Numbered from the stretch's first letter, positions 39,500 to 52,529 are shown. The stretch: DNA of 64,000 nucleotides from Dicyema japonicum (GCA_011109175.1 RDEW01000022.1:477834-541833); one strand, 5' to 3'. A program made the numbers and translations. The notes: a model not told the origin generated them from the letters alone.

Positions 39500-41685
39500 T
39501 GTGATGTTTATTGATGAACTTATCCAAAACCTGAGAGAATTAATTAGAGGCCATTTTGAATGGAGGCTATTTTGAATAAGAACCATATCAGGATATTTCT
39601 TCAACCATTCCAGCTCTAAACGAATTGGGTTAAGTGTCAATGTTATGAAATCGGAACTATATTTCCTGCTCATCTCCAAGCTTTTCTACTGCCTGCCAAA
39701 AATTTAGATCCCTACTTCCAGGTTTCAGCATATACTCCATGGACAAGGCACACTTCCTCGGCTGCCCTTTCGGAAACGACGAGCTGGAAAACTGCCTTAC
39801 CAGTAAGAATAATGAAGTTGATGTCTTTACAAAGAGAGTATCATCTTTGGATCACATGTGTCCTTCTTGCTCAAGAAATGTATTTCCATGTCGAAGATGA
39901 TGTACATTTTGAGATGTTCACCATGTTTTGAACACCAGAGAGCACTATTGTCGGCTGATGGTACTCTGAATCAATACAATACTGAATGTCAAATTCGATG
40001 ATCTGAGCAGGACAATGTGCAAACTTCCTGCGAGTAATGGGTTAAGATGCCTCCTTAAAGCCGCCCTGCCTGCCTACTTTTCATCCTTTGCGAGCTGCAG
40101 TCGCTTAGTCCAAGCAGTCCAACGCAACCAGAAATACCTTGGACTCGGAGCTTGATAGAGTTTGCAAGTTGTGGGGTAAGCTGGGACTCAATTGCATCTA
40201 TGAGCACTCTGGAGTCCGCGAAGAAAAGCGCCAACCAACATCGACGCACATCACGGAAATGGAGTCTGGCTCGAGGCCCTACCATGCCCACATTTGGGGA
40301 CCCTCCTTGACGAAAACAGCCTGAGGTTCGGGATGGCACTGCGCCTAGGACTGGACATATGCCAGAGACACAAATGCCGCTGCGGCGGGGACGTTGATGC
40401 GAAAAGCTTTCATCCACTCTCTTGCCGACGAAGTGCTGGTCAAGCCCCGCAGCCTAGATGACATCATTTTCGATCCCTCAAGGCCGCGGGATTTCCAGCC
40501 CAATTGGAACCTTTGGGCATAGACAGAAGCGACGGGAAGAGGCCGGATGGCATGACGTTGATCCCATACTTCCACGGAAAATCACTCGTCTTCGACACAA
40601 CGTGTGTGGACACCTTCTCAGGTGCCAGATCTCTGACGGCGACGCAGCCGACCAGGCAGAGGCCAAGAAGATCCGTAAGTACGAATTTCTCGGAGACCAT
40701 TACCATTTTACCCCCATTGCTGTGGAGACAACTGGAACCGTGGGAGCGAAAACGGACGCCTTTCTCCACAGCATTGGAAGCAAACTCGCCTAAAAAGGTG
40801 CGATCCACGGGAAGGACTCTGGTTGAGGCAGAGACTCGAAATGGCGAGTATCAGAGGTAACGTCTTCGCCATTCTGTCGTCCTAATTATCTATAATTTAA
40901 AAATAAATAAATTATGTGCTAATAAAAAATAGAATAATGATTAACTAACACAAAACAGACAGGGGATATGGATGATTGATATATTTTAATAATTAAAAAC
41001 TATTATTAAATAATTTATAATAAATTTCGGAACCCTGGGGTTCCCCGGAACTCAGGTTGGGAACTACTGCTCTACTTTTATTCCGAATTGAATGCATCTA
41101 TGAGATCATCAGGAGCTATGGACGTGTGGAAGACTTATATCTTAATGTTCCGGAGGGAGGCAATAATCAGAAAACGTATTCGAGACGTATCTTTTATAAG
41201 AGGGAAGACCTGAGAGCACTGTGGATGTAAGAAGACTTGGATGTCTCAAGACGGCTAGCTGTCATTCATCGGGTAGCTGGTTGAATGCTAACGATATTAT
41301 GGAATCATAATCTGCTCAGGATTTTTTAGAGGGAAGTCACGATCAACTTTGTCATCAATAATGAACAAAACATATTAAAATGGCATTAGATCGCAATCTC
41401 GAGAAGAGCATGGACATAAAAAACTCTTTACTAAAATGGTCAAATCTACATTCTTTATAGACCTTTGTTGGCCTTATTTCTTGGATATCAAATTTTATTG
41501 ATTAGTAATTATCCTGTACAAATTTCTCTAGACTCATTAATGGAATTAATGGTTAAACATTTTCAATCCATCAATGAGGAATCTAGATTGAACGCCCAAT
41601 AATGGAACCCACCAGTTCACTAAATAATCCTACGTATTCTAAACTTTAAAGAATAAATGATAAATAGCCAGTTAAGAGAGAATAA

Positions 41686-42707
41686 TTACTCCAACAATTC
41701 GGACTTGAACCGACAAATGGGATTAATGAATATGTTGACATATTTTTCAATTTGGATAAATGACCCATTTTCTATGATTAGCCTGTCTTTTTCAGTTTCC
41801 ATAATAATATCCTGCATTACAGATAACGCATAAAGGACTGTTTCCTATTTTATCTGTAAAATGCTAACTTGAAACATTCCCATCGTTTTAATATGGAAAC
41901 CCACAATCAAACCTGAGAATAGATCACCTGTCCCCACGAATCTGAATTTAGATTTTTTATATTTTATTCTGAACGCACGGATTGAACCATCTATAAATAA
42001 AACAACACACGTGCCTGATTTTTTCTCAGAAGCAACTGTCAACATGTAAGATTCCAAGGCGATGCTGCTGATAATAACCCTTTGGGGTCCAAATTGATGT
42101 AGTTTGTTTAAAACTCTCAAAATGTCTTGATTATTATCTGACAATTCAAATCCAGATAATTTTCTGAATAATTAGCGCAATTACTCTGCCTCAAACTGAT
42201 TTGGAATGATAACATCTGCTATTGGAAATATATAGGTTTTGTAGAGATTGACTAGTTCTTGGGGAGCATACTAAATTAAACTCACATAACCAACAAATCT
42301 TCCATTGTCCCCAAAACAGGATCACAAACTAATAAATGAAATTTTTATACAATATATTTTTAGAATTTTTTGATATTTTAGATCACCAATGATTTCACTC
42401 AATTTTATAAGGACATCTTTTTTATTAACATATCCTGTTAGTAGATATGAATAATTATTCAAATTATTGTGTTTCAGGGCATTGTAAATATTATCAAGTT
42501 CATTAGTGGATAATTCTACTCCATCGAACATTTTATAGTCTACAACTAACAAACCTATCAACTAGTGGGGTTGCTGAATTGAACAGTATGAATTTCATCT
42601 ACACTCATCCCCATCACTCGCAGTGGAAACACAGAAGATTTGTTGCCCACTATCCCGGAGACCACGTGACTATGAATCGACAGTATCTTACCATCATATG
42701 AGTTCAT
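41686..42707 (-). CDS. PDXK: Pyridoxal kinase
   Basis: [31 protein letters not shown]|NY (23-nt intron 42540-42562), LLTGYV, DPVLGDNG and FVGTGDLF; stop at 41686-41688. Confidence 0.9.
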
Positions 42708-43829
42708 TTAACTTTATAACGCTAATATTTTTTATAACAAAATAATTAGGTCAGATTATTATAATTTTAAACCACCATAAAAATATTGACGATTCGCTGT
42801 TCTCACCAAAATAATAAATTATAAATCCACAAAACATTTGAATACCTGTTTTTCACGCAAGTAAGAATTGGAAACTTGGATAGAATATAGGACACAAAAC
42901 TATAACAAGTCAGGGTAAGTTTAGTTATTGAAATTTTGGGATTATTGAGGAAGACAATGTCTTTTTGATGTCACAAAGATAACACTTTCACAAATTGTCA
43001 ATAAAGGTGACTTTGAGGGGGGAATCTAATATAAATAATAATAGAATACAGTAACACCAAATTAACTAGTCACGTGATCCAGGGACGCTCCAAAAAAGAC
43101 TTCTTTATCTCAATCTATCTACTTTGAAGTATATTCTTCTATCAGGAACATCGATTGCCATGGTGTACTCGTCTTCGTCGACCACTCAAGAAATTTCCCA
43201 ACCATAATTTCAGGTTTGCGTCAATGTTCGACAAATATACAGTAAAGTCCCTCTAATTGGCCAACTCATAAATTGTGGCTAAAAGTTCACGTCGGGGTTT
43301 CAAAAAGCAAATTTTCCTAAGAAATTGGCCCCGATTGAAAAGCAAGTGGATGCGATGGGTCATATAATTTCTTTTTTAAGAAATTGAATCCTTTACATGA
43401 CTTTTCATGTACAGAGATTAACCGAAGTATTAATGGAGAGGACATCCCACTGGACTCTAACGGAGATATTTTGACTGAATCTGATGTGTAGATGGAAAGT
43501 AACAGGGAGTTTATGGCTCACTCTTCTTCTAAGAGAAGATGAGGGATTACAAACAATATGGATCAAATTCACTTTATTAGTTAATTTATTCGTTATAAAC
43601 AAATAAAATTATATTCTCAAATTAGCCAACATTATTTAAAAAATTCGAAAGCTTCTCGTTGTAATTATACAAGGCTTAATTGTTTCCAAAATCTCAACCA
43701 AATCGTCAATTTGTTCTGGAATCGCACACTCATCACTTCAATTATCTAAGTCATAATGTTAAGTATAACCATTAATTATTGAATTTATTCCCTTAATTCC
43801 TCAATATTTTTCGAAAGGACTTCCGTTAG

Positions 43830-44856
43830 AAAATGAATGGACCGATATGTTATAACTGTAGACAGCTTATTCTAATTTATCAAGCCACTTTTTTTTCACT
43901 GTTATCCAGCATTTTTGACAACTTCCTCGTGATCGTCTGATTAAATCTTTCGACAATACCTTGTGCTCGTCGATTGTTAGGCCTTCCGTGAATTTGCTTA
44001 ATGTTAAAATCTTCGAAAAGTTTTGTTATTTCTTGATTTTTAAATTCATAACCATTGTCCGACTAAAGAAACTTTAGGCGAAACAAAGATCTTAAGTTTT
44101 CACATACTTCTTTATCAGACTTATTATAGAGTTGTCGTACGAAAGCGAATCTATAAATTAAAAAAAACCAGCCTACTATATATGTCAATGACCGCTAAAA
44201 TCCATTTGAAATTTTCATTTAATGTTGAAAAATTTTTCAGGTCTATTAGATCTACCTGAAAACGTTCATTTGAAGAAGCACACACATATGATTTATATCT
44301 CCAATCTACAATTATAAAAAATCACGAACTTTTAAAAAACGCGAAAATTTGCAGACTTCACAATTTTGAATGACTTTTCTGATAATCTCATTCTTTACAG
44401 TGAAGTATCTTTGTCGACATTCATACTCAATTTTATTGACTCCTCCGTGTGAAAACTCGTGCAACGATTTCGCAACATGCTCCATTTCGGTTTCATTATC
44501 CAGGGATATTACTAACTTGGAGTCAATTGATTTAACATTCATACTCAATTTTATTGACTCCTCCGTGTGAAAACTCGTGCAACGATTTCGCAACATGCTC
44601 CATTTCGGTTTCATTATCCAGGGATATTACTAACTTGGAGTCAATTGATTTAAGATACAGTCTAAATTATTGCAAATTTACAATACCTGTCATTGATAAT
44701 AGAAAAATTCTCTATCTTCTTTACAAGCCTATATTTTCGGTGCCTCGGAAGATTTTCGGGAAATTTATCATGCAAAGCATTTTTTAAAGTTTGATATTCA
44801 ACGCAATCTTTCACAAAACCCTTGTAAGAAGCCATTGCAGCAAAATAATCTTCCAT
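43830..44856 (-). mobile_element. Solo retroviral-type integrase (KRBA2/SCAND3/Ginger-like), degenerate
   Basis: HHCC motif HEFSHGGVNK...NCEVC, ERFQVDLID, SDNGYEFKN and HGRP...QGIVERFNQTI; no adjacent RT or LTRs seen. Confidence 0.72.
44417..44652. repeat. Perfect tandem duplication, 118 bp x2
   Basis: Units start at 44417 and 44535 and appear identical by eye. Confidence 0.9.
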
Positions 44857-45049
44857 GCTATAAATCTAGGTTTAATAATAATAAAATCTTTATGATCATA
44901 ACATTTATGAATAAAAAACCAATTTAGCAGGATTAAATCACGATATAAATCGGATATACAAAATTAAATGTAGGATAATCAAAAGACCTTTTCAAGGTCG
45001 AAAAATGTAACAGGCTGCCCATGCGTTACGCCCATGTGACATAATATAC

Positions 45050-46290
45050 ATCGTGCCAAACAATCGCTCACAGATTTTCTGATTTATTTAATATTCGAAT
45101 TTAAAGAAAAACAGTGAATAATATTCTTAAATCCCGAGAGTTCATATTAAAAACATCTAAAAGTTATATTCCTTCAACAAAGACATGCAAATCATTAAAA
45201 TTTTCTGAACTTGATACTAAGCTTGTTGGATGGATGGATCTAAAGGTATTTTTAATTTTTTATGTTAAATGATGGAAAAATATTAAATAAAGCACAAAAT
45301 ATTGCTGAAAAGTTATCAATTAATGATTTCAAGAATTCAAAGGATTCAAAAAAGACATGGTTTTCGAATGCATAAATTACATGGGTAAATGACAACGTAC
45401 AAACAACCTGACTTTTTTGTAGATCACTTTGAAGAAATTTCTAAACATTATAAAAAAGACGAAATTTAAAATATAACAGGGCTCTATTATAAACTGATTC
45501 CGTCCAAGAGCATGTGCAAAACACAACTTGGTGGATATAAAAATTTCAAAGATCGGGTTTCAATTATGTACAAATATGAGTGGAACCCATAAATTAAAGT
45601 CAGTTATGATTTAAAAATCTAAAGTACCCAGATGTTTCAAAAATTATAATTATGAATGTTCGATAAACTATTATCACTCTAATAGAGCATGGATGACCAG
45701 TTTAATTCATTGGTTAATAAAATTGGATAACGAACTGTTCCATCAAAAAATCTTTGGTTATTATTGTCCTCATTGTATAAAATCTAAATTGGAACACATT
45801 TAGATATTATTTTTTCCTAAAAATAGGCTTAATACAACCTATGGATATTGAAATCATTAAAACATTTTAATAGACATAAGCTGTTATATCTAATAAGATA
45901 ACAAAAATATTTCAGTTTATGAGTCTTATAAAAAGTTAAATTTGAAAGACACGGTTTTTTTACGGCATGGGAAGATGTATCAATTGAAAAATTGTTTCAA
46001 TAAATTGCATAAACAAGATATCGAGGTCATTCCAAATGATTGAGGCAATAATATTATTGCAATTTTTAGGAAAACTCGCATTTTGGACCCTCTGGACGTA
46101 GAAATATTCCTTGATATCAATACCATAAAAATGAAGCGATAATTAATGAATATGACGAAATGGTGCTATCGGGGAATTCTGAAAAAGAAAAATTCATTAA
46201 TGAAGACGAAATGATGAATTCTGAAAAAGACGAAATAATTGATGGATGTACTAGAACTGAAAACAAAACTGAGATTTCAAATGCACTATA
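45050..46290 (+). mobile_element. Tigger/pogo-like transposase remnant
   Basis: ELDTKLVGW, GLYYKLIP, KDRVSIM, KVPRCF and SNRAWMT remnants. Confidence 0.6.
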
Positions 46291-46300
46291 TCTGATTAAA

Positions 46301-49300
46301 TTATTATTATTTAAGCACTTCACGAGAGCCATACTAATTATAGCCCCGCATGTGCAGCAAAAGAAACAAGGTTAGATGTCATCCTTTTCCATGCTCCCCT
46401 GTTCCTAGCCAAGGCTCTCATGCTGTCCAGGTCGTCGGCATTTGTTAGATTTTTTTGATATTGACAAGGTCTTTTTGTAAGACTATTAGCAGTGTTGTTC
46501 TTGGTCTTCCACGATAGCGGCCTTCTTTACTAACATAGTATGTTTCCGTAGATATGTTCATTGGGGATGTTAATTCCATCCTCAACACGTGTCCGAAGAG
46601 CTTCCATCGGGATTCCAATACATCTAAGCTGATAGGTCTAGTGCAGCATCTCTTATATAAAGCATTTCTCGATATTCTCGTAGGACAAGTAGTTCCTGTT
46701 ATTTTTCTCAGCTGACCTCTGTGGAACGAGTCTAGTTTTTTCATATCCGCTGATGAGGTCGCCCAAGTTCCAGCGTTATATAAAAGTACGGGTTTTTTGA
46801 ATGAGTCGTATAATAAGATTCTCATTTTCGTATCGATACATCTTTGATTGAGCCATAAATTCTTCAGTTTATATAACGCAGCATTGGCTAGAGTTTTCCT
46901 ACGTAAAATATCTTCGCTATCTCCCATAAGTAAATCGAATTTCTTCACTTGTCGCTACTTCTCTTCTAGGACGTTACTCATCTTTCTTATCTCTGTGAGT
47001 TCTGTTTTCTCTCTGTTCACAGTAAGAAACCATTTCCCTAGTACATCTGCTGCTTTTTCTAATAAGTTTTCCAGGACCTCTTTGTCTTCAGAAATTAGGT
47101 CTACATCGTCCGCGTAGATCACTTCTTCCGTCTTTCCTTGGTATAACGGTCTAAGTTCCCTCATAGCGGCTTCCAAATAAATTGTGAATAGTAAAGGAGA
47201 CATGGAGTCTCCTTGTGGAGTGCCCGTGTTTGTTTCAAATTTTCTTGAATAGGTCATTCCGACTATCACAAGGAGCTCAGTATTGGAAAGTAAAATTCGG
47301 GTCATCCTTAAACTCGACCCATCAAGAAATCCGCTCAGTAACCCATTAATTTGTTCCTGTTAACCGCATCAAAAGCTCTTGATAGGTCAATTCCCAAATA
47401 TTGTTGGCGTTACGGTATCTTTGATATGTTGCACACCTCCATCTGTGACTCCAGACCGCATCAGCAGTGGATCTTCCTTCTCGAAAACCACTTTGACTAT
47501 CTGGTAGGTATTTGTAAGCAGATCCTTTTATTCGTTCAAGCACAATGTTTGCCAAGACTTTGCGTAATGAATTTAGTAGTATTATGGGTCGCAAATTTTC
47601 GATCGGTCCTCTGTTTTTGTTAGTTTTTTATATGAGGATTAGTAGTCCCGTACCCAGAGGTAGAGTTGAGTTAGTTGAAAACATTTCATTTAGTAGTGTA
47701 GCGATTTTTTCAAAAAAAAGGTCAGGGCCGTATTTCAGTAATTCTGGGTTTATCGCATCTGGTCTGGGACTTTTGTTATTCTTGAGTTTTCGGCAGGCCG
47801 TTTTGATTAGTATCTCAAAGGGTCTTGGCCTTCCATCAAATGGGTGGATTTCTATGGTTTTAATGTTGAAAAGCTTCTACAAAATGAGCCACGATGGCTT
47901 CAGTTTGTTCTTTGGTGTACAGTATCAGCTTGCCGTTCTTGTCTTTTATGGTTAGTCTACTTCGGTTTGTTCGCCGCAGCAAACGGGCAGCGACGTACAT
48001 TTGTGCGTTGTCTTTCATTATGTTTACCTCTTCTATAAAGGAAGCTATTTCTTCTAGGAAAAGCTTCTTGTTCAGACCCTTTATTTTTTTCATGACACGT
48101 TGCCTTTCACCCTGAAGGGATTTTATCGTATTAGCGTCAGTGACATTTGATTTTCTCATGTTTATTTCTTTTAAACTTTTCGCAAGCTCAGGAACATAGT
48201 TTGACAAGTGACGCCGTCATCAGTGGATACTCACTGCGAGACTGGATTTTCTAGAAAGGACCCACACATAAGAAAAAGAAATANATTTGATTTTCTCATG
48301 TTTATTTCTTTTAAACTTTTCGCAAGCTCAGGAACATGGTTTGACAAGTGACGCCGTCATCAGTGGATACTCACTGCGAGACTGGATTTTCTAGAAAGGA
48401 CCCACACATAAGAAAAAGAAATAAAGAAGTCAAGATCATTCCTTGGTTCTATTAGTTAACTGTTCTTTACTTAAATAAAATGTGTGTCCTTCCTATGCGG
48501 AGCTATAAATATTATGGCTCTCGTGAAAAGGCTTTTAAAAAAAAGCTCAGGAACATTTGGATGAATAGCCTTCAGGTGCATTTTACTATTCTCCCTTTTG
48601 CCAAGACATGCTTCAGCAGCTTCGTTGATGGTATCCTTTGTGCGTTTCCAGGTCGCATTCTAACGAGATATCCACCAATACGTCCTGCAAATGAGTCTGA
48701 ATGTATTGTTGATATTTCTCAGTAGTCTCCGGTTGGGAAATCAGCCTTTCAGTCGCCTCTGATTTTCTCAAAATTGTGATTTTTGGCATTTAATGGCATG
48801 TTTTTCAGGGTGAAGGTCGCAATAACCATCTTGTGGTCGCTGACAGTCGTCGAACCTCCATATGAACGTGCGTTTACTAGAAGGTGTTTGTCTTTAGCCC
48901 GGCATATGACATAATCGATTTGGTTGTATATTGAGACCAGCTTTCCTTCTGAGTTCCTTCGCTTCCCCATCCACGTAGTTTTGTGGCAGGATGCGTAAAT
49001 GCAGTATTGCATAGGAAAAGGTTGTTTGCCATACAAAAGTGACCAAGTATTGTCCCGGGTAGGTTTCTTATTCCACGTCCATGTTCTCCCAAGAAAACAT
49101 CAAAGAGTTATTCTTCATCCCAATTTTCGCATTCAAATCTTCAGCAATGAATATTAGTGATGACGACTCATATTCGTTGTACGTCCGTAACAGTGTTGAA
49201 TAGAAGTCGTCTAGTTCTGTCGGATCTTTCGCTACACTCCAGTATGGCACAAAAACATTTACAATTGTCAGAAAGCTCTTCGAAGAAGGTAAGTCGTTTA

Positions 49301-49668
49301 GACGGATTTGTATAACACAGATCCTGTCATTCACACTCAATAAACAGTGGACTGCACTTGTCAACTTTGAGTGGATGGCAAATCCAAGTCCATAATATTT
49401 TGAATCGCTCGGTTGACATATAATTCGATATTCACCATAGTTCTCATCAAGGCTACAAGTAACTTTCGTCTCTTGTAGGCACCCAATAGATACGTCGAAT
49501 CTCTCCAGGTCGTCACAGAGAATCTTCCTAGACCAGGTCGTAGATAAGCCTCTAGCATTGAACGTATGGACCTTTAGACGAGATGCATCTCTTTGTATCC
49601 CTTACCTTTTAAACATTTTTCTCAATTGCGATCCAATTAAGAAACGAGGCACTTCACCACCTCACCAC
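46301..49668 (-). mobile_element. Near full-length RTE-clade LINE, degenerate
   Basis: 5' motif gtggtgaggtggtga, APE (FNARG, EDLNAK, SDHKMV), RT (RPIILLN, QSGFREGRST, GTPQGDSMSPLLF, YADD), RTE C-terminus (RWKLFGHVLRM, GRPRTT) and (taa)n tail. Confidence 0.9.
48198..48542 (+). mobile_element. 5'-truncated SINE copy inserted in the RTE; includes an N-joined duplicated segment
   Basis: 14-bp TSD aagctcaggaacat at 48184-48197 and 48543-48556. The segment 48145-48283 is repeated after the N at 48284. Confidence 0.8.
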
Positions 49669-50029
49669 TATATAATAAATAATATCGAAAATGAAAATAA
49701 TGTATAAATTATTTTTGCTATTAAAAGATACATTTAAAATAATATTTTTAAAAATAAAAGACTTGTACAATTATTTGAAACATGGGGTTTAAAATATTAT
49801 TTTGNCCTCTAGCATTGAACGTATGGACCTTTAGACGAGATGCATCTCTTTGTATCCCTTACCTTTTAAACATTTTTCTCAATTGCGATCCAATTAAGAA
49901 ACGAGGCACGTCACCACCTCACCACTAAATAATAAATAATATCGAAAATGAAATGGTTTTTTAAATTTTTTTTTCAAATTCTCAAATTGGCCAAAAATAG
50001 TTCAGGAACAATTTTGGGCCAATTTAAGG

Positions 50030-51893
50030 GACTTTACTGTATTTTGTGTGTGATAATCTTCCTCGAAACCGAGTCAAAATCCTTCTGGATAGTAATTGAG
50101 CATACAATCGTCTTTTTCAGTCCTGGTTTTTTGCTAAGGCCATATGTTATGAACTTCTGTGATGTAATTAGGTGTGTGACAGTTGATCGTCCCTCTTTAA
50201 AACCATGCTGAAAACTGGAATCCGGGAGGGAATGTCGTGTAAGTGTCATAATCATCTTTCCTAGGATTCTTGTCTGGACGCACAAGAGCGACAAAGGCCT
50301 GTAAGAAGCAGGGTCCTCCCTTGGTTTCCCAGGCTTCAGTATTGGATGAATATTCAAAAGTTTCCATATAGCGGGAATACAGTTGAAGTTGATAGAGTAG
50401 TTGAAGATGCATGTTTGTGCTTATACTCCCACTATGCCAATCTTTTTCAACAGAATAACCGGGATCCCGTCCGGTCCACAGGAATGTGTGTTATTTGTTC
50501 AATAGATCTTCAAAGCGACATCTCCCGGTAGAACATACATTGTTGAGTGTTTCCTTTTCGGTTTTTTGTGGAGGAATGTCTATCCTTTTGAATGGTTTGT
50601 GACTTATTCCACACAATGTTTGATAAATTTATTCAGATCCACCTCGATATTGTTTTCAGAATTTTTGACATTTCGCAGCATCCTCCAGATCGTGATAAGT
50701 GAACTATTTTTTTTCATAGCTCTAGAAATTCGGCCAAGTTTTGTTTTTCGGAGAAGTTTTGTCTTTTCGTTGATCTTCATGTTCAGTGCACGGATTCTGT
50801 TAGTTTCATGTTTTGTTATTTTTACGTTTGAGACAATTCCTTTCTTTTATTAGTTGGATTGTGCTTGCATCATATTTCTTCTTGGTGAGTTTTAAGATTC
50901 CTTTTCTGACAGTTTTCTCCCTTCCAGAATCACCTTATTGAAGTGATAGACGGCTCTATCAATTGAGTTGAAATTATTCGGATGAAAATTCAACAGGGCA
51001 GAGTTCACATATCTTCTGAATCCTGTCCAGTCAGCATTAATGGTGTCATAAAAATAATGTGTTTTTACAGCGTCATTGACGTACAATTGATCTTGATCAG
51101 AATGGGATTATAGTCACTTCCTAAGTCATAGTTTACAGACCAGCATATTAGGGAAGCAAGTCGTGGTGAACATGACGTAATATCTGGTGATGTAACCGAA
51201 TCCTTGCTATTATACGGAATTCGTGTATTCCTGATTGAGTCGGTCATAATCGACAGATTTTGTAATTTGGAAATAATATGAAATCCCCTCGTGTCTGGAG
51301 GTTATTTCTCATACCAAAAACGTCCTTGGCATTAAAATCTCCGGACACCAACATGTTTTCCATCATATCTAGGGCAGACAAATCCATAGAAAATCCTTTT
51401 GCACAGGAACGTGGGGGGAACATATAAATTGGCGATAATAATAGCTCCGAGAGAGGTCTGTACCAAAATTCCAATAACTTTTGTGTTTGTGTCTTCTAGC
51501 AGATTCCTGAATATGGAGGAGTGTTTGTCTAACATAATCCCTCTTCTGACGAGAATCAATAGTCTTCCACCTCGGCCCAATTGTCGATCGACTTTCAATA
51601 CATTGAAATCGGTAAATTTATGAGCATTGGAATTCCCAGAAAGCTTGGTCTCTTGTTAAAGGCAAATATCAATTTTATTCCTCTCCAAGTATAAACTCAG
51701 TTCGGATGCCTTGCCTCTAACTCCGTTAATGTTCAAGCTAAGTATCTTTAATGACTTTAATCCTGGATTCATTTCAACATCTCCAGACATGACAAGTCTC
51801 CACCGGAAAAGTGCACGGATGTGTAGGAAGTGTCGTCCAGGGGTGACAAATGGTTCTTATTGGTCACACTTTTGGATTGTATCTGACGCCACC
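50030..51893 (-). mobile_element. Ingi-like LINE, copy 2: 3' half of HDV-like fold, 2A-like motif, APE, RT start
   Basis: Starts ggtggcgtcagata like copy 1; RLVMSGDVEMNPGL at 51758-51787 is in frame with APE LSLNINGVRGK; RT segment YRPLSLL, QHGFKEGRST. Confidence 0.78.
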
Positions 51894-51953
51894 TAACAAG
51901 CTAACATTCAATAATATTCAATTTATTAAGCACTTATAGTACTCCCTAAACAA

Positions 51954-52196
51954 TTATAGTACCCCCTAAATAATTTTTATTATTTTTTCTAAAATTAATA
52001 ATTTTTTAGCAATAATAGATTTGGTTAAGTGCTAGAAACAACTTTCTCTACTTATCACTCTAAATCAACGTGAGATTGGCGTTAGGGACAAAAAAGTGCG
52101 ACCTTGACATCGGTTTGCCTTTTCGGAAAAAATATAAATTTTTAATTTTTTTTCTAAAACGTGATTATTGTTAGTTAAGGAGGGGGGGTACTATAA
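51954..52196. mobile_element. MITE-like element
   Basis: Inverted ends ttatagtacccc ... ggggtactataa around an AT-rich body. Confidence 0.55.
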
Positions 52197-52529
52197 CTAT
52201 TTTTTGAATATCTCGTGGTGCTGTGTGGTTTTGTGTGCGTAATTGCATCGGTGAATTGATTACCACGGACATTACCCACGGAACTGAACCCTTAATGATC
52301 GCTCATTACTCATTACCACGGAACCTCATCATGGAGCAGCACAAATTATATCCAAGAGACTGGACCTGATTTGCTCTTCGTGCGGTTGTGCAATTCACGC
52401 AAGTAAAGGCTTTTCTGCTCGTCTTGCGGGTACTTTTTCCACCTCGGATGTGTAAAAATGTCTCAGCGGGCTACATGCTCATTTTGCATATGGAACTGCA
52501 GTGTCTGCATAAGCACTGGTCGGAGGATT

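Larger units (their letters stand above)
35116..40890 (+). mobile_element. CRE-like RLE non-LTR retrotransposon (copy 1), split by Tc1 and MULE insertions at about 36508-39690
   Basis: PHD-like N-terminus; RT motifs GLDGLRPSH, VRPIAIG, QLGVGVTGGCEA and GVQQGDPL; RLE motif [21 protein letters not shown] and PIAVET. Confidence 0.82.

Noticed and set aside
42555-42580. PDXK SNPTNY instead of SNHTGY
   Set aside because: This position varies among active pyridoxal kinases (e.g. the bacterial PdxK SNTPHY type), and the GTGD catalytic motif is intact.
48145-48423. 139-bp direct repeat as a biological feature
   Set aside because: The copies are joined by a single N, typical of overlapping contig ends in a scaffold.
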